From NCBI GenBank assembly GCA_965248265.1, contig CBDFJF010000002.1, forward strand, positions 1,536,001-1,600,000: DNA of 64,000 nt, in the 5' to 3' direction. Position numbers and translations under genes: made by a program. Below, in pieces: positions 20,941-31,345 of the stretch (the stretch's first letter is position 1; each line of letters starts with the position of its first letter). The notes beneath the pieces were generated by a model, which saw nothing but the letters and a program-made list of their open reading frames with translations, ran no database searches and was not told the DNA's origin. The stretch comes from Candidatus Latescibacterota bacterium. Its GTDB lineage: Bacteria; Latescibacterota; UBA2968; UBA8231.

Positions 20941-21810
20941 ATGGATCTCCACATCATCGCCGTTATTCTGTTGTCGGCAGCTCTGCATCCATTTCGCGAG
21001 TTCTGGATCAAGGGCAACTCCGGGCCGGAAAGCCTGACTCTTGCCGTGGTCAGCGTATTCACGGTGCTGGCCGCCATCCATGCGACCGCATTGGGCCTGG
21101 ATCTGACTTCAGCCGTTTCGGTGTGGCCACTGGTAGTCGTATCCGCGGCGAGTGTCGTCGGTTTTTACTGGTTCCTGTTGCGCACCTTCGCCCATGGGGA
21201 TCTGTCCGTCTACTACCCCATCACACGGTCTTCGCCTCTTTTCGTCGTCATCGCCGGATCCCTTTTCCTGGGCCACTCCTATTCCGCGCTCTTGCTGCTC
21301 GGCGTAGCCCTGGTGTTGATCGGTGCTTTCTTTCTGCAATACGAGCGCGGAGCCCGGTTGCTGAGCCAACCGGCGACTCTGGCCATGGCCGTCATGACCA
21401 TGTCGGTCCAGGGGGTTACCACCCTCGCCGACGCTCAGGCCATGAATACCGTCAAGCCCGCGGCCTTCCTGTTCGCCGCATGCCTGATTATCACTCCCTG
21501 CGTGGCCCTCCTCTTTGCAATAACCAGGCCGAATTCCAGGTCGCTGGGCAGCCACCTTTTCGGGGGTTGGCGACACCAACCGGTGAGATTCCTGGCCGCA
21601 GGCACTTCCTGCTACCTCTCATATTATCTGCTCCTCGTCGCATTTCAACTCGGGGCAGGAGTAGCTGCGGCCAGCGCGGTGCGACAGGTATCGATTCCGA
21701 TTTCAGTGATAATGGGTGGGATGCTGTTCGGGGAGGCCAGGATGATGGGCCGGCTCGGATGGTCATTCGTGCTCGCCGTCGGTGTCGTCGTCATCATTCT
21801 GAGTCATTGA
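20941..21810 (+). CDS. EamA/DMT family transporter
   Basis: Start at ATG 20941. About 10 TM helices; SAALH and GDLSVYYPITRSSP motifs. Confidence 0.88.
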   Translation: MDLHIIAVILLSAALHPFREFWIKGNSGPESLTLAVVSVFTVLAAIHATALGLDLTSAVSVWPLVVVSAASVVGFYWFLLRTFAHGDLSVYYPITRSSPLFVVIAGSLFLGHSYSALLLLGVALVLIGAFFLQYERGARLLSQPATLAMAVMTMSVQGVTTLADAQAMNTVKPAAFLFAACLIITPCVALLFAITRPNSRSLGSHLFGGWRHQPVRFLAAGTSCYLSYYLLLVAFQLGAGVAAASAVRQVSIPISVIMGGMLFGEARMMGRLGWSFVLAVGVVVIILSH

Positions 21811-21928
21811 CGACTCAGTGTCATTCCGGGTAGAATCGCACAGTTGAGCAGTTGGGCGGGGACATCTATATCGCAAGTGGTGGTGGCGTGGAGCCTACGG
21901 GACGATGAAGGCACCGACCACGTTTCAG

Positions 21929-21971
21929 TTGATGTCTTGATAGCACACTATATTGATGTTATGATTGCAGA
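21929..21971 (+). promoter_or_regulatory. Sigma70-type promoter of the TA operon with direct-repeat operator; probably leaderless
   Basis: TTGATA (21937-42), 17 bp spacer, TATGAT (21960-65), then ATG 6 nt later with no SD. Imperfect direct repeats TTGATGTCTTGATAGC and TTGATGTTATGATTGC overlap the -35 and -10. Confidence 0.6.
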
Positions 21972-22250
21972 ATGAGAAGAACGACAGTCACACTGGATGC
22001 CGATGTGGAGCAACGCCTCAGGGAAGCGATGCGGCGGCAGGGCAAGGGCTTCAAGGAAACCCTCAACGACGTCCTGCGCCGCGGCTTGACCCCGTGTTCG
22101 GATCAGGAAAGCGAGCCATTCGAGGTAGAGTCTCGCCCGTTGCGCCTGCGGACGGGACTCGATCCTGCGCGACTCCGGGATTTGGACGATGACCTCGAAA
22201 TCGAGGAATTCCTACGCAAAACGGCTCGTCTCGCCGAGCACGGGAAGTGA
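21972..22250 (+). CDS. vapB: VapB-type antitoxin (ribbon-helix-helix)
   Basis: MRRTTVTLDADV...FKETLNDVLRRGL with an acidic C-terminus. GTGA overlap with the PIN gene. Confidence 0.85.
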   Translation: MRRTTVTLDADVEQRLREAMRRQGKGFKETLNDVLRRGLTPCSDQESEPFEVESRPLRLRTGLDPARLRDLDDDLEIEEFLRKTARLAEHGK

Positions 22251-22675
22251 TCGTCCCCGACGCCAACCTGCTGCTCTACGCGTATGATGAAGCCAGTCCG
22301 TTCCACGCCCGAGCCAAGGCGTGGTGGAGCAACTGCCTCTCGGATCCCGAACCGGTGGGCCTCGTCGCCGTCGTCCTATTCGCCTTCGTACGCGTCGGCA
22401 CCAGTCCCAAGGTTTTCGAGAGCCCTCTGTCTATCACCGAGGCCACCCATCACGTCCGGGCTTGGATGCAGCTCCCCACGACGGAGCTGCTATCAGTGGT
22501 CAGCGCCGATGTCGATCAGGCTCTGGTCTGGTTGGCGGAGGCAGGCTCAGGCGCCCATCTGACAACGGACGCCCAGATCGCCGCCGTCGCCATGAGATGC
22601 CGCGCGCAAGTGCAGACCGCCGACACGGACTTCGCACGCTTCCCCGGTGTGAAATGGAAGAATCCCATCATTTGA
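22247..22675 (+). CDS. vapC: VapC PIN-domain ribonuclease toxin
   Basis: MIVPDANLLLYA, DAQIAA, TADTDFARFPGVKWKNP. Confidence 0.92.
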   Translation: MIVPDANLLLYAYDEASPFHARAKAWWSNCLSDPEPVGLVAVVLFAFVRVGTSPKVFESPLSITEATHHVRAWMQLPTTELLSVVSADVDQALVWLAEAGSGAHLTTDAQIAAVAMRCRAQVQTADTDFARFPGVKWKNPII

Positions 22676-22807
22676 AACAAGCATGGCTGGAACGCGTTCG
22701 TATCCGTGTACCACGCTGCAAGGTCAGTGACGGGAGGAGGTTGGTGGAAAGTGGTGGGTGAGTGGCCAAGAGCGCCGGTTAGGTTTGGCGCAGGGCGGGA
22801 TGATGAG

Positions 22808-23335
22808 CTATGGAAACAGGTAGCCCTGGTCGCCTGGCCCCTTCGAATCGATCTTCAGAATCTTGACTTTTTTGGGCAGCGGATCTACAGCAGCGGCGTC
22901 GACGAACCCGATCGCGCCCGCATGGTCGCCCACGTGGCCAACAATCTCCGCCCGGGACCTGGCAGCCTTGGGGAGTTCGGGCATTTCGCCCCGAAAGACC
23001 ATTCCGAACCACTGGGTGCGCAAGCGCATGGCTGACATACCTGTCGCATTCTTGTAGAACGCTTTGGCCCAATCGAATTTGCCCTTGCAATCGATCAACA
23101 TGACCCGCTCTTTGCTCTCGGAAGCAAAGTCCCAGCGCCCGATGTCTCCCTTGTAGAGCTGTTTGAGCTCACTGTGACTTACGGAATCCACCGTGTTGGC
23201 GGCGTTGATGATAACTGCGGTGGCTGCATGGACCGGTGCAGCAACGGCGATTAGCGCCAGCAGCAGGAAGGGCATTCCCAGCCAGTGTCTGCGATGTGGC
23301 CTGTGGTCCGTGAGTGACACTCCGTCCGTCCTCAT
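22808..23335 (-). CDS. Small periplasmic binding-protein-like (PstS/PBP2-like) exported protein
   Basis: Signal peptide; AVIINAAN...LKQLYKG...W...VGDHAGAIGFVD pattern. Overlaps the stop of the upstream porin gene. Confidence 0.75.
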   Translation of the reverse strand: MRTDGVSLTDHRPHRRHWLGMPFLLLALIAVAAPVHAATAVIINAANTVDSVSHSELKQLYKGDIGRWDFASESKERVMLIDCKGKFDWAKAFYKNATGMSAMRLRTQWFGMVFRGEMPELPKAARSRAEIVGHVGDHAGAIGFVDAAAVDPLPKKVKILKIDSKGPGDQGYLFP

Positions 23336-24348
23336 TAAAAGGCGATGGCGACTTGCGTCAACAAGTCGTTACTGCTGCTGCCTGCCGGGCTGTTGTGGCG
23401 GAGTTGCAATTTGGCCACCGCCAGGTCGGAGAAGTGATAACCGAAACCCAGCGAATAAACCTTTTTGTCAGATGCCTTAAAGAAAATGTCGTCCGCATCG
23501 ACCTTCAGGTAATCGAACTTGACGAACGGTGTCCACAAACCGCTGTCGTAGGCCGCAAGAGCTCCTACGGCCTTGGCCGAGGAGTCGTTGCCGCTGGTGT
23601 CGCCGTCGCTGTTGGCCAGGACGAGCTCAGCCTCGATCATGACGTCCCCTCGACGAGCAGCGATGCTGGGAGACAAGATGAGCAAGGTCAAGTCTTCGGT
23701 GGCTGCTCCAGCCTGCAGCGACATCTCCCCTCTCGCCGCGCCCTGAGATACGCTCTCGCGATATACCGACAGGCCCAGGTCGACGTCGTCGATCGCTCTG
23801 CTGCGCAAGTGGATATTTACAGATTTCCCATCATCGTTATCACTTTTAGGCGATCCACCGGTTCCGTTGCCAATCATCAAATCGTAAGAAATGCGCGCAC
23901 CAGAAGACTGCTTTCCTGAGAGCAGCAGGCCCGTCGTGTGGATTGGGAAAAGGCTTCTGCTCACTGGCTTGTCGATGGATGCGAACAGGAACGAGCCGTG
24001 GTGGTAGGTGCGGTTCCAGTAACCGACAGCCGAGTGGAATTTTCCGACAGATGCGTTCAGGAACTGGTTGAACTCGTAGCGCACCCAGAATCTTTCGAGC
24101 GCGAGTTCCCAGCCGTCCGCTCCTTCGTGCTCGACCGTGATCTCACTCAGGTACGACGTCCGTTCGTCCAGAGTGCCAGTGACGTAGGTGTCGTATTCGC
24201 CCAGTTTGAAGCGTGAGTCGCTCCCGGGCCCTTCGATCATATCAAAGTTGACATCCGCAAAGCCGTGCACGGACTTGATGATTTCCTGAGCCGAGCCGAG
24301 GGCCGGACAGAGTAACAGTGCCGAGGCGATATAAGAAATTGTGCGCAT
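23335..24348 (-). CDS. Outer-membrane porin-like beta-barrel protein
   Basis: Signal peptide, amphipathic beta strands, GKFHSAVGYWNRTYHHG motif, C-terminal QVAIAF. Confidence 0.75.
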   Translation of the reverse strand: MRTISYIASALLLCPALGSAQEIIKSVHGFADVNFDMIEGPGSDSRFKLGEYDTYVTGTLDERTSYLSEITVEHEGADGWELALERFWVRYEFNQFLNASVGKFHSAVGYWNRTYHHGSFLFASIDKPVSRSLFPIHTTGLLLSGKQSSGARISYDLMIGNGTGGSPKSDNDDGKSVNIHLRSRAIDDVDLGLSVYRESVSQGAARGEMSLQAGAATEDLTLLILSPSIAARRGDVMIEAELVLANSDGDTSGNDSSAKAVGALAAYDSGLWTPFVKFDYLKVDADDIFFKASDKKVYSLGFGYHFSDLAVAKLQLRHNSPAGSSSNDLLTQVAIAF

Positions 24349-24429
24349 GCCAGGCAAGATAAGGACAAAACTCGATTCACCAACAAAAAAATTCGGTTGG
24401 CCGGCCGGCTCGCCGCTGACAGCCAGCCA

Positions 24430-25527
24430 TCATTCCTGTCGCTGTCGCCACCTTTTTCTGCGCTCCTGTCGCCATCGATCGAACTCCTCCTGACCGAACT
24501 CGATGGCCGGGACTTGGCCTTGCCAGGCTTCGGCGATGATGCGCATGATGGGCGGTGTCGCCAGTTGGAAATCGCGGCCGATGGGGTGGGGGTGGGGGAA
24601 CCACTTCCACAAGAGGGCGCCGAGAATGCGGGGTTCATCGCCGATGGCATCGAGAGCGGTGAGCCAACACAACTCCTGGATGACTCGAGCCCCTTCATCG
24701 TCGATACGGTAGTTCCAGGGTTCGGCAGCCGTCGTGTAGGATTGATTGTAACCCAGCTCGGTGAACAGAATGTTGCGATTGTGCTTCTCGCCATAAGCGC
24801 GCAGCTCAGCGACGATTCTCTGCCATCCAGCCTTGATATCCACTGCCGTCGGGTTTTCTACCTCTGAAACGGGAAAGTACCCCTGGATGCCTATCACATC
24901 CAAAGCATCCCAAAAGGGCACGCGTCGGTAATCCGACCAGTTGGCCGCATAGGTGACGGGACCATCGTACACCTTTCGCACGTCTGCGATGAGCGTACGC
25001 CATTGGGCTTCGTGTTGCAGAGTCCGGTCGAGTTCCGTGCCGATGATGAAGGCGTCGGCCTTGCTGCAGGCCGCGGCCAGTTCGAGGATCCATGCGCTGT
25101 AGTCTTCCCAGAAACGTTCCCACTGTTCGTCGGTGTCGAAGGTGATGTCGCCGCGCCAGGAGAAGCCACTGCGCCAGTAAGCCAGATGGGGTTTGATGCA
25201 GACTTTGAGGCCCTGCGCGTGACCTTCGACGATAGGACGAGTCCAGTGCGCAGGCGGGGTGTCGCCATTCCCGCGTCGGCGCCTGACCACGCCATCGGCG
25301 GTGATACTGCCATAGGGATGCGTGGCAATCCAGTTGGCGCCAAGGGTTTTGACGTCCCGGACTGTCGGCACCATTGCGTCGTGGGCCCAGTCCTGGCCAC
25401 TGCCATGGGTAGAGATGGTGATGCCGCGAACGACGATATCGTCCTCCGCGGGAGTACTTGCCGTCGTCGGGCCGACCACAGCGCCCAGAAGTACCCCGAG
25501 GATCAACCGGAAAATCATCTCATACAT
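24430..25527 (-). CDS. Glycoside hydrolase family 113-like (beta-mannanase-type), exported
   Basis: IKPHL, WRG, IGTEL (acid/base), TYAANW, FWDALD.IG...YFP, FTELGY (nucleophile). Confidence 0.85.
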   Translation of the reverse strand: MYEMIFRLILGVLLGAVVGPTTASTPAEDDIVVRGITISTHGSGQDWAHDAMVPTVRDVKTLGANWIATHPYGSITADGVVRRRRGNGDTPPAHWTRPIVEGHAQGLKVCIKPHLAYWRSGFSWRGDITFDTDEQWERFWEDYSAWILELAAACSKADAFIIGTELDRTLQHEAQWRTLIADVRKVYDGPVTYAANWSDYRRVPFWDALDVIGIQGYFPVSEVENPTAVDIKAGWQRIVAELRAYGEKHNRNILFTELGYNQSYTTAAEPWNYRIDDEGARVIQELCWLTALDAIGDEPRILGALLWKWFPHPHPIGRDFQLATPPIMRIIAEAWQGQVPAIEFGQEEFDRWRQERRKRWRQRQE

Positions 25528-25582
25528 ATCTTATGTTGCTCTACTAGCCACGTATATGTATACGATCCAATACGGAGGGCTC

Positions 25583-25764
25583 ATGGTCAGCGAAGAGTGC
25601 ATATTGTTCAGCGGAGGAAGAGCTGGAGAAAGGCGACGTTCAGCCTCAGCTACGTGTCCAAATTGCTGAATCGAACCTACACCGAAACGTCGACTTTCCG
25701 CAAAATCTTGCAGAGCATCTGGTACCAGATCAACCCACCCCACATAGTCGGGATCGGAAATTAA
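25583..25764 (+). pseudogene. Collapsed remnant of a conserved hypothetical protein
   Basis: GGAGGG RBS then MVSEECILFSGG, followed by out-of-frame segments EEELEKGDV and SLSYVSKLLNRTYTETSTFRKILQSIWYQIN. I recall these as separated parts of one conserved bacterial protein. Confidence 0.55.
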
Positions 25765-25765
25765 C

Positions 25766-26896
25766 ATGACCAAACCAGCAGTGATGAAATTGGAGACAGG
25801 CGGTGGCGCGTACGAGCGAGGTGTTGAACATGGCTCCAAGGCAGGGGGCCTGGTGCGCAAGGGAGTGGACTTCTACGTCAACATGTGGGAGCAGAATACC
25901 GGTGGAAGCAGGGCGGAAGTGTTGGAGACGGCCGGCAAGTTCGCCGCGCCGATCGGCGACTTCGATGCGGAAATCTTGCGCGAAATCGAAGGTATTGCCG
26001 ACGGTGCCAATGTTCCCGTTGAAGAGGTCCTGTTGATCAATGCTCGTTACGAGTTGATGATCGCGACGGTATTCGACAATCCCTCACCGAATGGTGCGGC
26101 TCCAGGGGAGTGCACGTCGCTGGCTGCTTCCCCCGAGGCTACCGGCGGCCATACACTGATCGCCCAGAACTGGGACTGGACGGTCGAGGCGGGCCAGCGC
26201 TGTGTGCTACTGGAGATCCACCAGGATGGCCGTCCCGATCTGTTGACGCACGTGGAAGCAGGGATGATCGGGCATAAGGGATTGAACACAGAAGGTCTCG
26301 GGTTGTGCGCCAATGCGATGGCCTCGCAGCACGACCGCTTCGTTCCTGCGGTGCCGGTGTGGGTGCTGGCTCGATCGGCGTTGACCTGCGCGAGCCTCGA
26401 GCAGGTCGAAGAGAGGATGAACCAGGCTGAGCGCACGGCGTCGATCAATTTCACCGTGGCATCGAGCGATGGGGAAGTCGGTGCGGTCGAGGTGACACCG
26501 AAGGATGTCAAGGTCGTGGCGTCCAAGCGCGGCCGGGTGTCACACGGGAACGTATTTGCAGGCCTGTCCCCCGAGCGTGACGTCGAAGATCGCCTCGCCG
26601 TCCTCTACCCGCAGTTTTGCGACCGCGCCCGGCGCGCGGAGGAGCTGGTCCAGAAGGAAGGTGTGAGCGTGGAGCGTTTGATGGCGGTGCTGATCGACCA
26701 TGAGAATCGACCGGAGTCGATCTGCCGTCACTGGGAGGATGCTCCTGCCGAGACTTCCGAGGGCCTGCTGTTGGAGACCGTTGCCTCAGTAATCATGGAC
26801 CTGAATGATGGGAAGCTCTGGGTTACGGCAGGGCCACCTTGCCAGGGAGAATACGACGAGCACGTGCTGTCGCGAGAGGTTTCCGCGGTGAAATAG
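25766..26896 (+). CDS. C45 family autoproteolytic acyltransferase/hydrolase (Ntn fold)
   Basis: EIEGIADGA, INARYE, GECTS autocleavage site, AQNWDW, GLNTEGLG, GPPC. Confidence 0.9.
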   Translation: MTKPAVMKLETGGGAYERGVEHGSKAGGLVRKGVDFYVNMWEQNTGGSRAEVLETAGKFAAPIGDFDAEILREIEGIADGANVPVEEVLLINARYELMIATVFDNPSPNGAAPGECTSLAASPEATGGHTLIAQNWDWTVEAGQRCVLLEIHQDGRPDLLTHVEAGMIGHKGLNTEGLGLCANAMASQHDRFVPAVPVWVLARSALTCASLEQVEERMNQAERTASINFTVASSDGEVGAVEVTPKDVKVVASKRGRVSHGNVFAGLSPERDVEDRLAVLYPQFCDRARRAEELVQKEGVSVERLMAVLIDHENRPESICRHWEDAPAETSEGLLLETVASVIMDLNDGKLWVTAGPPCQGEYDEHVLSREVSAVK

Positions 26897-27058
26897 CGGC
26901 AGCTTGCGCCACCACCTCTCCCGCCCTGACGGGCATTCGCTGGATGACGCCGAGGAAACAAATGCGGCTTCATGTGAGCCTCCATACAGAAATTTGATAC
27001 AGCTCCCGCATCTTTAGCATCAGATGTTGCCACCGAACATGGGAAACGAGATTACGAC

Positions 27059-29194
27059 ATGAGCCAAGTCATTCACGCCGGTTTCACACTTTGTGCACTG
27101 ACGTGTGCACTATTTCTGACGACGGCCAGTGTGGCTCAAAATCTGCCGACCCCCACTGCCGGATCCGTTGTCATCGGCCTGCGGCCGCTGGTGCCTGCAC
27201 AAGGCGAGGTGACAACCCTGACCGTTACGGGTGAATTCCCGTTCGCCAATGGGATCGTGGCGCCGGATCAACTCGAGATCGTCCCCGAACTGGTAACGGT
27301 CGATCTTACGTCATCCTGGATTGAGGGTACGGATGGCCCTGACGGGGGAGAATCGACGAGTTGGGCGGTCCCGCTGGAATTGGGCGATCTGGAGCAGAAC
27401 GTCTACGACGTGATCGTGCGAATAAACGGCGAGCAAGTTCTCTTCACCTTCTTCATGGTTGAGGCTGCCAGGACGGAGCCAGAACCATTGCGCGATCCGG
27501 CACCTACAGTCGTTCCGCAACGCTCCCTGGGAATAAACCTGGCGCCGGCGAAAGATGCCTCGCATGTGCTCATCTTCGTCGATGCCTTCAAGGTCGCGCG
27601 GACGTGGATTCCCCACCGCCCTTCGGACGAAACCTGGGATACGGGCGAAGCGCTCGATCTTGATGAGCTCGGCTGGGTGCGATCAGTACAACCGGATCAG
27701 GAGGCCGGCACGCTGGCCATGCTGGAACTCGGCGACGCTTACCCGGGCGGTCGCTGGACGGCCCTCTACGATGGAGAGGGGGATCTTGATTTCGAGTGGG
27801 ATGCCCGTGTCATCGACCGTGAACCTGGCCGCATCACCCTTTGGGTGACGCCGGAAGAGGGAATCCACGTGGTGATCCGGGAGACCAACCCCGATAACTA
27901 CATCCGCAACATCCGTCTGATCATGCCGGGACATGAGGAGACCTATCTCGACCAGCCGTTTCACGTGAGCTATGTAGACTTCCTGCGTCAGTTTGGCGTG
28001 CTGCGGTTCATGGACTGGGCTGACATGAACGAGCCGGAGAACAACGTGCCCGAGGTGGGCGAATGGTCGCAGCGCATCACACCCGACCACGCTTCACAAG
28101 GCACTATTCGTGGTGTTTCGGTCGAATACATGATCCGTTTTGCCAACACCGTGGGTGCCGATCCCTGGATATGCGTGCCGATCGTGGCGACCGATGACTA
28201 CATCCAGCGCCTTGCAGTGACGGTTGAGGAAGAACTGGATCCCGAGCGCCGGGTGTACGTCGAGCTCTCCAACGAGGTGTGGAATCCGTCTTTTCCGCAG
28301 CACTTCGTTGCCGCAGAACAGGGGCGTGCGCGGGGGTACGATGACGCCGATGCGGCTGAGCTGTTCCGTTTCTTCGTACCCGACCACGAAACCTTTCTGG
28401 CGGCGCTGCGTTTTCACTCGGCGCGTTCGGTTGAAGTATTCGGGTTTTTCGAGGCCGTGTTCGGTACGTCGTCCAACCGGTTAGTCAAGGTCATGGCTGG
28501 ATTCTCGCCGGACGGCGCCGAATTCGCTAACAATGTCGCCACCGAGATCCTCGATTGGCAGGACGCCTATCTGCACACGGACAAGTACGCGATAGCTCCT
28601 TACTTCGGCGGCTTCCTGGCCACGGAGGAGTACGTAGACGACGTGGAGTCCACGAGCGTCGACGATCTGATCGAGATCGTCAGGGGCGACATGCGGTTCA
28701 TGATCGACGTCGGGCGCAACGTCAGCGAGACGGTGGCCTCGCGCGGCCTCGACCTCGTCACCTACGAAGCGGGGCAGCATATGGTGCAGGCTTCAGAGAC
28801 TCCCTATCTCAGCGAGGCCGTGCGCGATAAGCTCCACATGGTCCACGACGATTCCCGCATGTTCGATATTTACCAGGAGTACCTGGCCAGCTGGCATGAG
28901 TACAGCAGCCTGATGAACCTGTTCAACGACAGCCTGCCGCTGGGCAGATTCGGTCTGGTATCACGATGGGATCAGAGCGAGCCTTACCCGAAAACCCTGG
29001 CCGTCCTGGAGTTCCTGCAGACCGTCCCCTTCACCTTCGCAGGGGACGGCGACGGGGATCGGGACGTCGACTACGACGACTTCTTCCTATTCTCGGAGGC
29101 CTTCGGAACCGATGATCGGCGGTTCGACTTCGATGAGGACGGACGCGTCGATTTTACCGACTTTTTCGGATTCGTGGACGTGTTTGGCACGTAA
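27059..29194 (+). CDS. Secreted glycoside hydrolase-like protein (clan A-like TIM barrel) with C-terminal EF-hand/dockerin-like repeat
   Basis: Signal peptide; LRFMDW, VYVELSNEVWN, AIAPYFG, TYEAGQH; C-terminal DGDRDVDYDDFFLFSEAFG...DEDGRVDFTDFFGFVDVFG. Confidence 0.8.
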   Translation: MSQVIHAGFTLCALTCALFLTTASVAQNLPTPTAGSVVIGLRPLVPAQGEVTTLTVTGEFPFANGIVAPDQLEIVPELVTVDLTSSWIEGTDGPDGGESTSWAVPLELGDLEQNVYDVIVRINGEQVLFTFFMVEAARTEPEPLRDPAPTVVPQRSLGINLAPAKDASHVLIFVDAFKVARTWIPHRPSDETWDTGEALDLDELGWVRSVQPDQEAGTLAMLELGDAYPGGRWTALYDGEGDLDFEWDARVIDREPGRITLWVTPEEGIHVVIRETNPDNYIRNIRLIMPGHEETYLDQPFHVSYVDFLRQFGVLRFMDWADMNEPENNVPEVGEWSQRITPDHASQGTIRGVSVEYMIRFANTVGADPWICVPIVATDDYIQRLAVTVEEELDPERRVYVELSNEVWNPSFPQHFVAAEQGRARGYDDADAAELFRFFVPDHETFLAALRFHSARSVEVFGFFEAVFGTSSNRLVKVMAGFSPDGAEFANNVATEILDWQDAYLHTDKYAIAPYFGGFLATEEYVDDVESTSVDDLIEIVRGDMRFMIDVGRNVSETVASRGLDLVTYEAGQHMVQASETPYLSEAVRDKLHMVHDDSRMFDIYQEYLASWHEYSSLMNLFNDSLPLGRFGLVSRWDQSEPYPKTLAVLEFLQTVPFTFAGDGDGDRDVDYDDFFLFSEAFGTDDRRFDFDEDGRVDFTDFFGFVDVFGT

Positions 29195-29321
29195 GCTGAA
29201 CGTCCAAACAACACATTCCACCGGCGCGGTGAGTAGGATGATGGATGTGCTCTTGAAGGGAGCCGCCAGTCCGGGGGAAAGGCCGAGCCTACCTTCTACG
29301 TCGTCTACATAGCAGCTTCTT

Positions 29322-30578
29322 TCAGCCCGGCAAGATCCGTTCAACCGGCTCGTGCAATACGGTCTTCACGATAACTTCAGAATGCAGGGTGCGGTGCACC
29401 GGACAGCGCTCGGCGATTTCCAGCAGGCGTTGGCGTTGCACCTCGTCGAGATCGCCACGTAGCTCAATCCTGCGCTCGATGTGATCGATCCACCCATCGG
29501 TAGCCTCGCATTCGGCACAATCCCGCGCGTGAATCTTGCTGTGGCTGGATTCTACAGTCACCGACTCGAGTGGCCACTTCTTTCTGTCGGCGTACATGCG
29601 CAGGGTTATGGAGGTGCAGGCGTTCAGGGAAGCCAGCAACAGATCGTAGGGTGTCGGACCCTGATCTGTGCCGCCAGCGTCAAGGGGTTCATCGGCTACG
29701 AGCTGGTGGCCGCGGACTTCGATGTCGGTGGCGTACCCTGACGGTCCTGTGCGAGCCGTCACAGGGGAGTCCGCCGCTGCCGGGTCCGGCACAGCCTCTG
29801 CTGCCTCGCTGACATCACCCGACAGGTACTTGTGTGCCCACGCGGCGATGACGGAACCGATGTACTGCGAGTCGGCCCTGTTCGAAAGCAGATGATTGGC
29901 CGTGTCCAGCGAGACGAAGCTCTTGGGATGCTTGGCAGCAAGGAAGATGCGAGAGGCATTTTCGATGCTGACCGTTTCGTCGTCAGGGGCATGGAACACG
30001 AGCAGGGCCCGATCCAGGCCGGCGATTGCAGTCTGGGCATCGGCTGCCTCGACATCGTCGAGGAACTGCTTCTTGAAGGTGTAGGTGGTTCCCGCCACGT
30101 CGACCTCGGCCTGGCCCTGCGACACTATGGTTTCTCTTACGGAGTCCAGCACGTGGGTCAGATGGGCGGGCTCGTAGGGCGAGTTGATGGTGGCGACCGC
30201 GACGGAATTCGGTATGGACGATGCCGCCCACAGGGCAGCGGTTCCGCCCAGGGAATGGCCAACCAGAATACGGACCGGGCCGTAGTTGGATTCCACGAAA
30301 CGGGCGGCGGCCAACAGGTCGTCGACGTTGGTGGTGAAGTTGGTGTCGCTGAAGTCGCCTTCGCTGTCGCCGAGTCCGGTGAAGTCGAAGCGCAGGACGC
30401 CGATCCCCTCATTCACCAGGGAACGACTGATGTTCACCGGCGCCTTGAAATCCTTGTTGCAGGTGAAGCAGTGGGCGAAGAGGGCATAGGCTACAGGATG
30501 ATTCCCCTGTGGCTGCTCCAGCAGCGCGGCGAGTTTGTGACCGGACGCGGAATCAATAGTGACCTTCTTCGGGGCCAT
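29322..30578 (-). CDS. Bifunctional alpha/beta hydrolase / OsmC family protein
   Basis: Start ATG 30578. [23 protein letters not shown]; OsmC ADEP...GPTPYDLL...CT...CPVHRTL. Confidence 0.93.
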   Translation of the reverse strand: MAPKKVTIDSASGHKLAALLEQPQGNHPVAYALFAHCFTCNKDFKAPVNISRSLVNEGIGVLRFDFTGLGDSEGDFSDTNFTTNVDDLLAAARFVESNYGPVRILVGHSLGGTAALWAASSIPNSVAVATINSPYEPAHLTHVLDSVRETIVSQGQAEVDVAGTTYTFKKQFLDDVEAADAQTAIAGLDRALLVFHAPDDETVSIENASRIFLAAKHPKSFVSLDTANHLLSNRADSQYIGSVIAAWAHKYLSGDVSEAAEAVPDPAAADSPVTARTGPSGYATDIEVRGHQLVADEPLDAGGTDQGPTPYDLLLASLNACTSITLRMYADRKKWPLESVTVESSHSKIHARDCAECEATDGWIDHIERRIELRGDLDEVQRQRLLEIAERCPVHRTLHSEVIVKTVLHEPVERILPG

Positions 30579-30589
30579 GGTTCTCTCGT

Positions 30590-31345
30590 TTAGCGAAAGT
30601 GCACGTCCGCGGCATGCATTGCTCCCGGTCCTTTGTCCATTCGGAGCAGCTGTCGTTGACGCGGCGTGAGTCCGTCGAACCATTCGGGTGGAAAGTCGTC
30701 GTGGGGATCAAGTTGGAACAGGAGCATGTGTTTGCGGTAATGGCCGAAAAGGGCATGACGGGTACGGTCGCTGGTGTTGGCACCTCCTCCGTGCCAGGTC
30801 TGGCCGTTGAAGACGATCACCGAGCCGGCCGCGGCCGTGGGTTGAAACACGTGCTTGACATCGAATTCCTCCGGAGGCTCGCCCAGTCCGCTCTTGTGCG
30901 AGCCCGGGACCACGCGGGTGCCACCGATTTCCCGACTGAAATCATCCAGCATCCACACCGTATTCATCATCACGGGTGAGGTCATGTTGAGCATGTAGGT
31001 AGGTATGTCGCTGTGCAGACTCTGGTAGCCGTCTCCGGGACGGACGATGCGTGAATTGAGACTGCCGAGGATGAGGGAAGGTTCGAGGAAATGCTCCAGC
31101 AGGGGCAAGACGCGCGGATGGTCGATACATTGGTGGAATACGCGATCGAGGACCGGCAAATTGGAGACGTGGCGGGCAGTGCCACGGTGTGCGTGTTCGG
31201 TGCCCGCTTCCTGCTCGCAGCGGATGAGCGCTTCGCGCATGCCGCTGACTTCATCCGGCGTCAGCACGCCTACGAGCAGGGTGAAGCCATACACCTCTAT
31301 TTCCTGAATGGCCTGTTCCTGTTCGTTCACAGAAGATCTCCTCAC
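30590..31345 (-). CDS. PhyH family dioxygenase
   Basis: LHSD, WMLDDF...GGTRVVPGSH, WHGGGAN.S...R. Confidence 0.9.
   Translation of the reverse strand: MRRSSVNEQEQAIQEIEVYGFTLLVGVLTPDEVSGMREALIRCEQEAGTEHAHRGTARHVSNLPVLDRVFHQCIDHPRVLPLLEHFLEPSLILGSLNSRIVRPGDGYQSLHSDIPTYMLNMTSPVMMNTVWMLDDFSREIGGTRVVPGSHKSGLGEPPEEFDVKHVFQPTAAAGSVIVFNGQTWHGGGANTSDRTRHALFGHYRKHMLLFQLDPHDDFPPEWFDGLTPRQRQLLRMDKGPGAMHAADVHFR

Noticed and set aside
25766-26896. C45 protein as a sign of a beta-lactam biosynthetic cluster
   Set aside because: No ACV synthetase or isopenicillin N synthase nearby; stand-alone C45 hydrolases are widespread.
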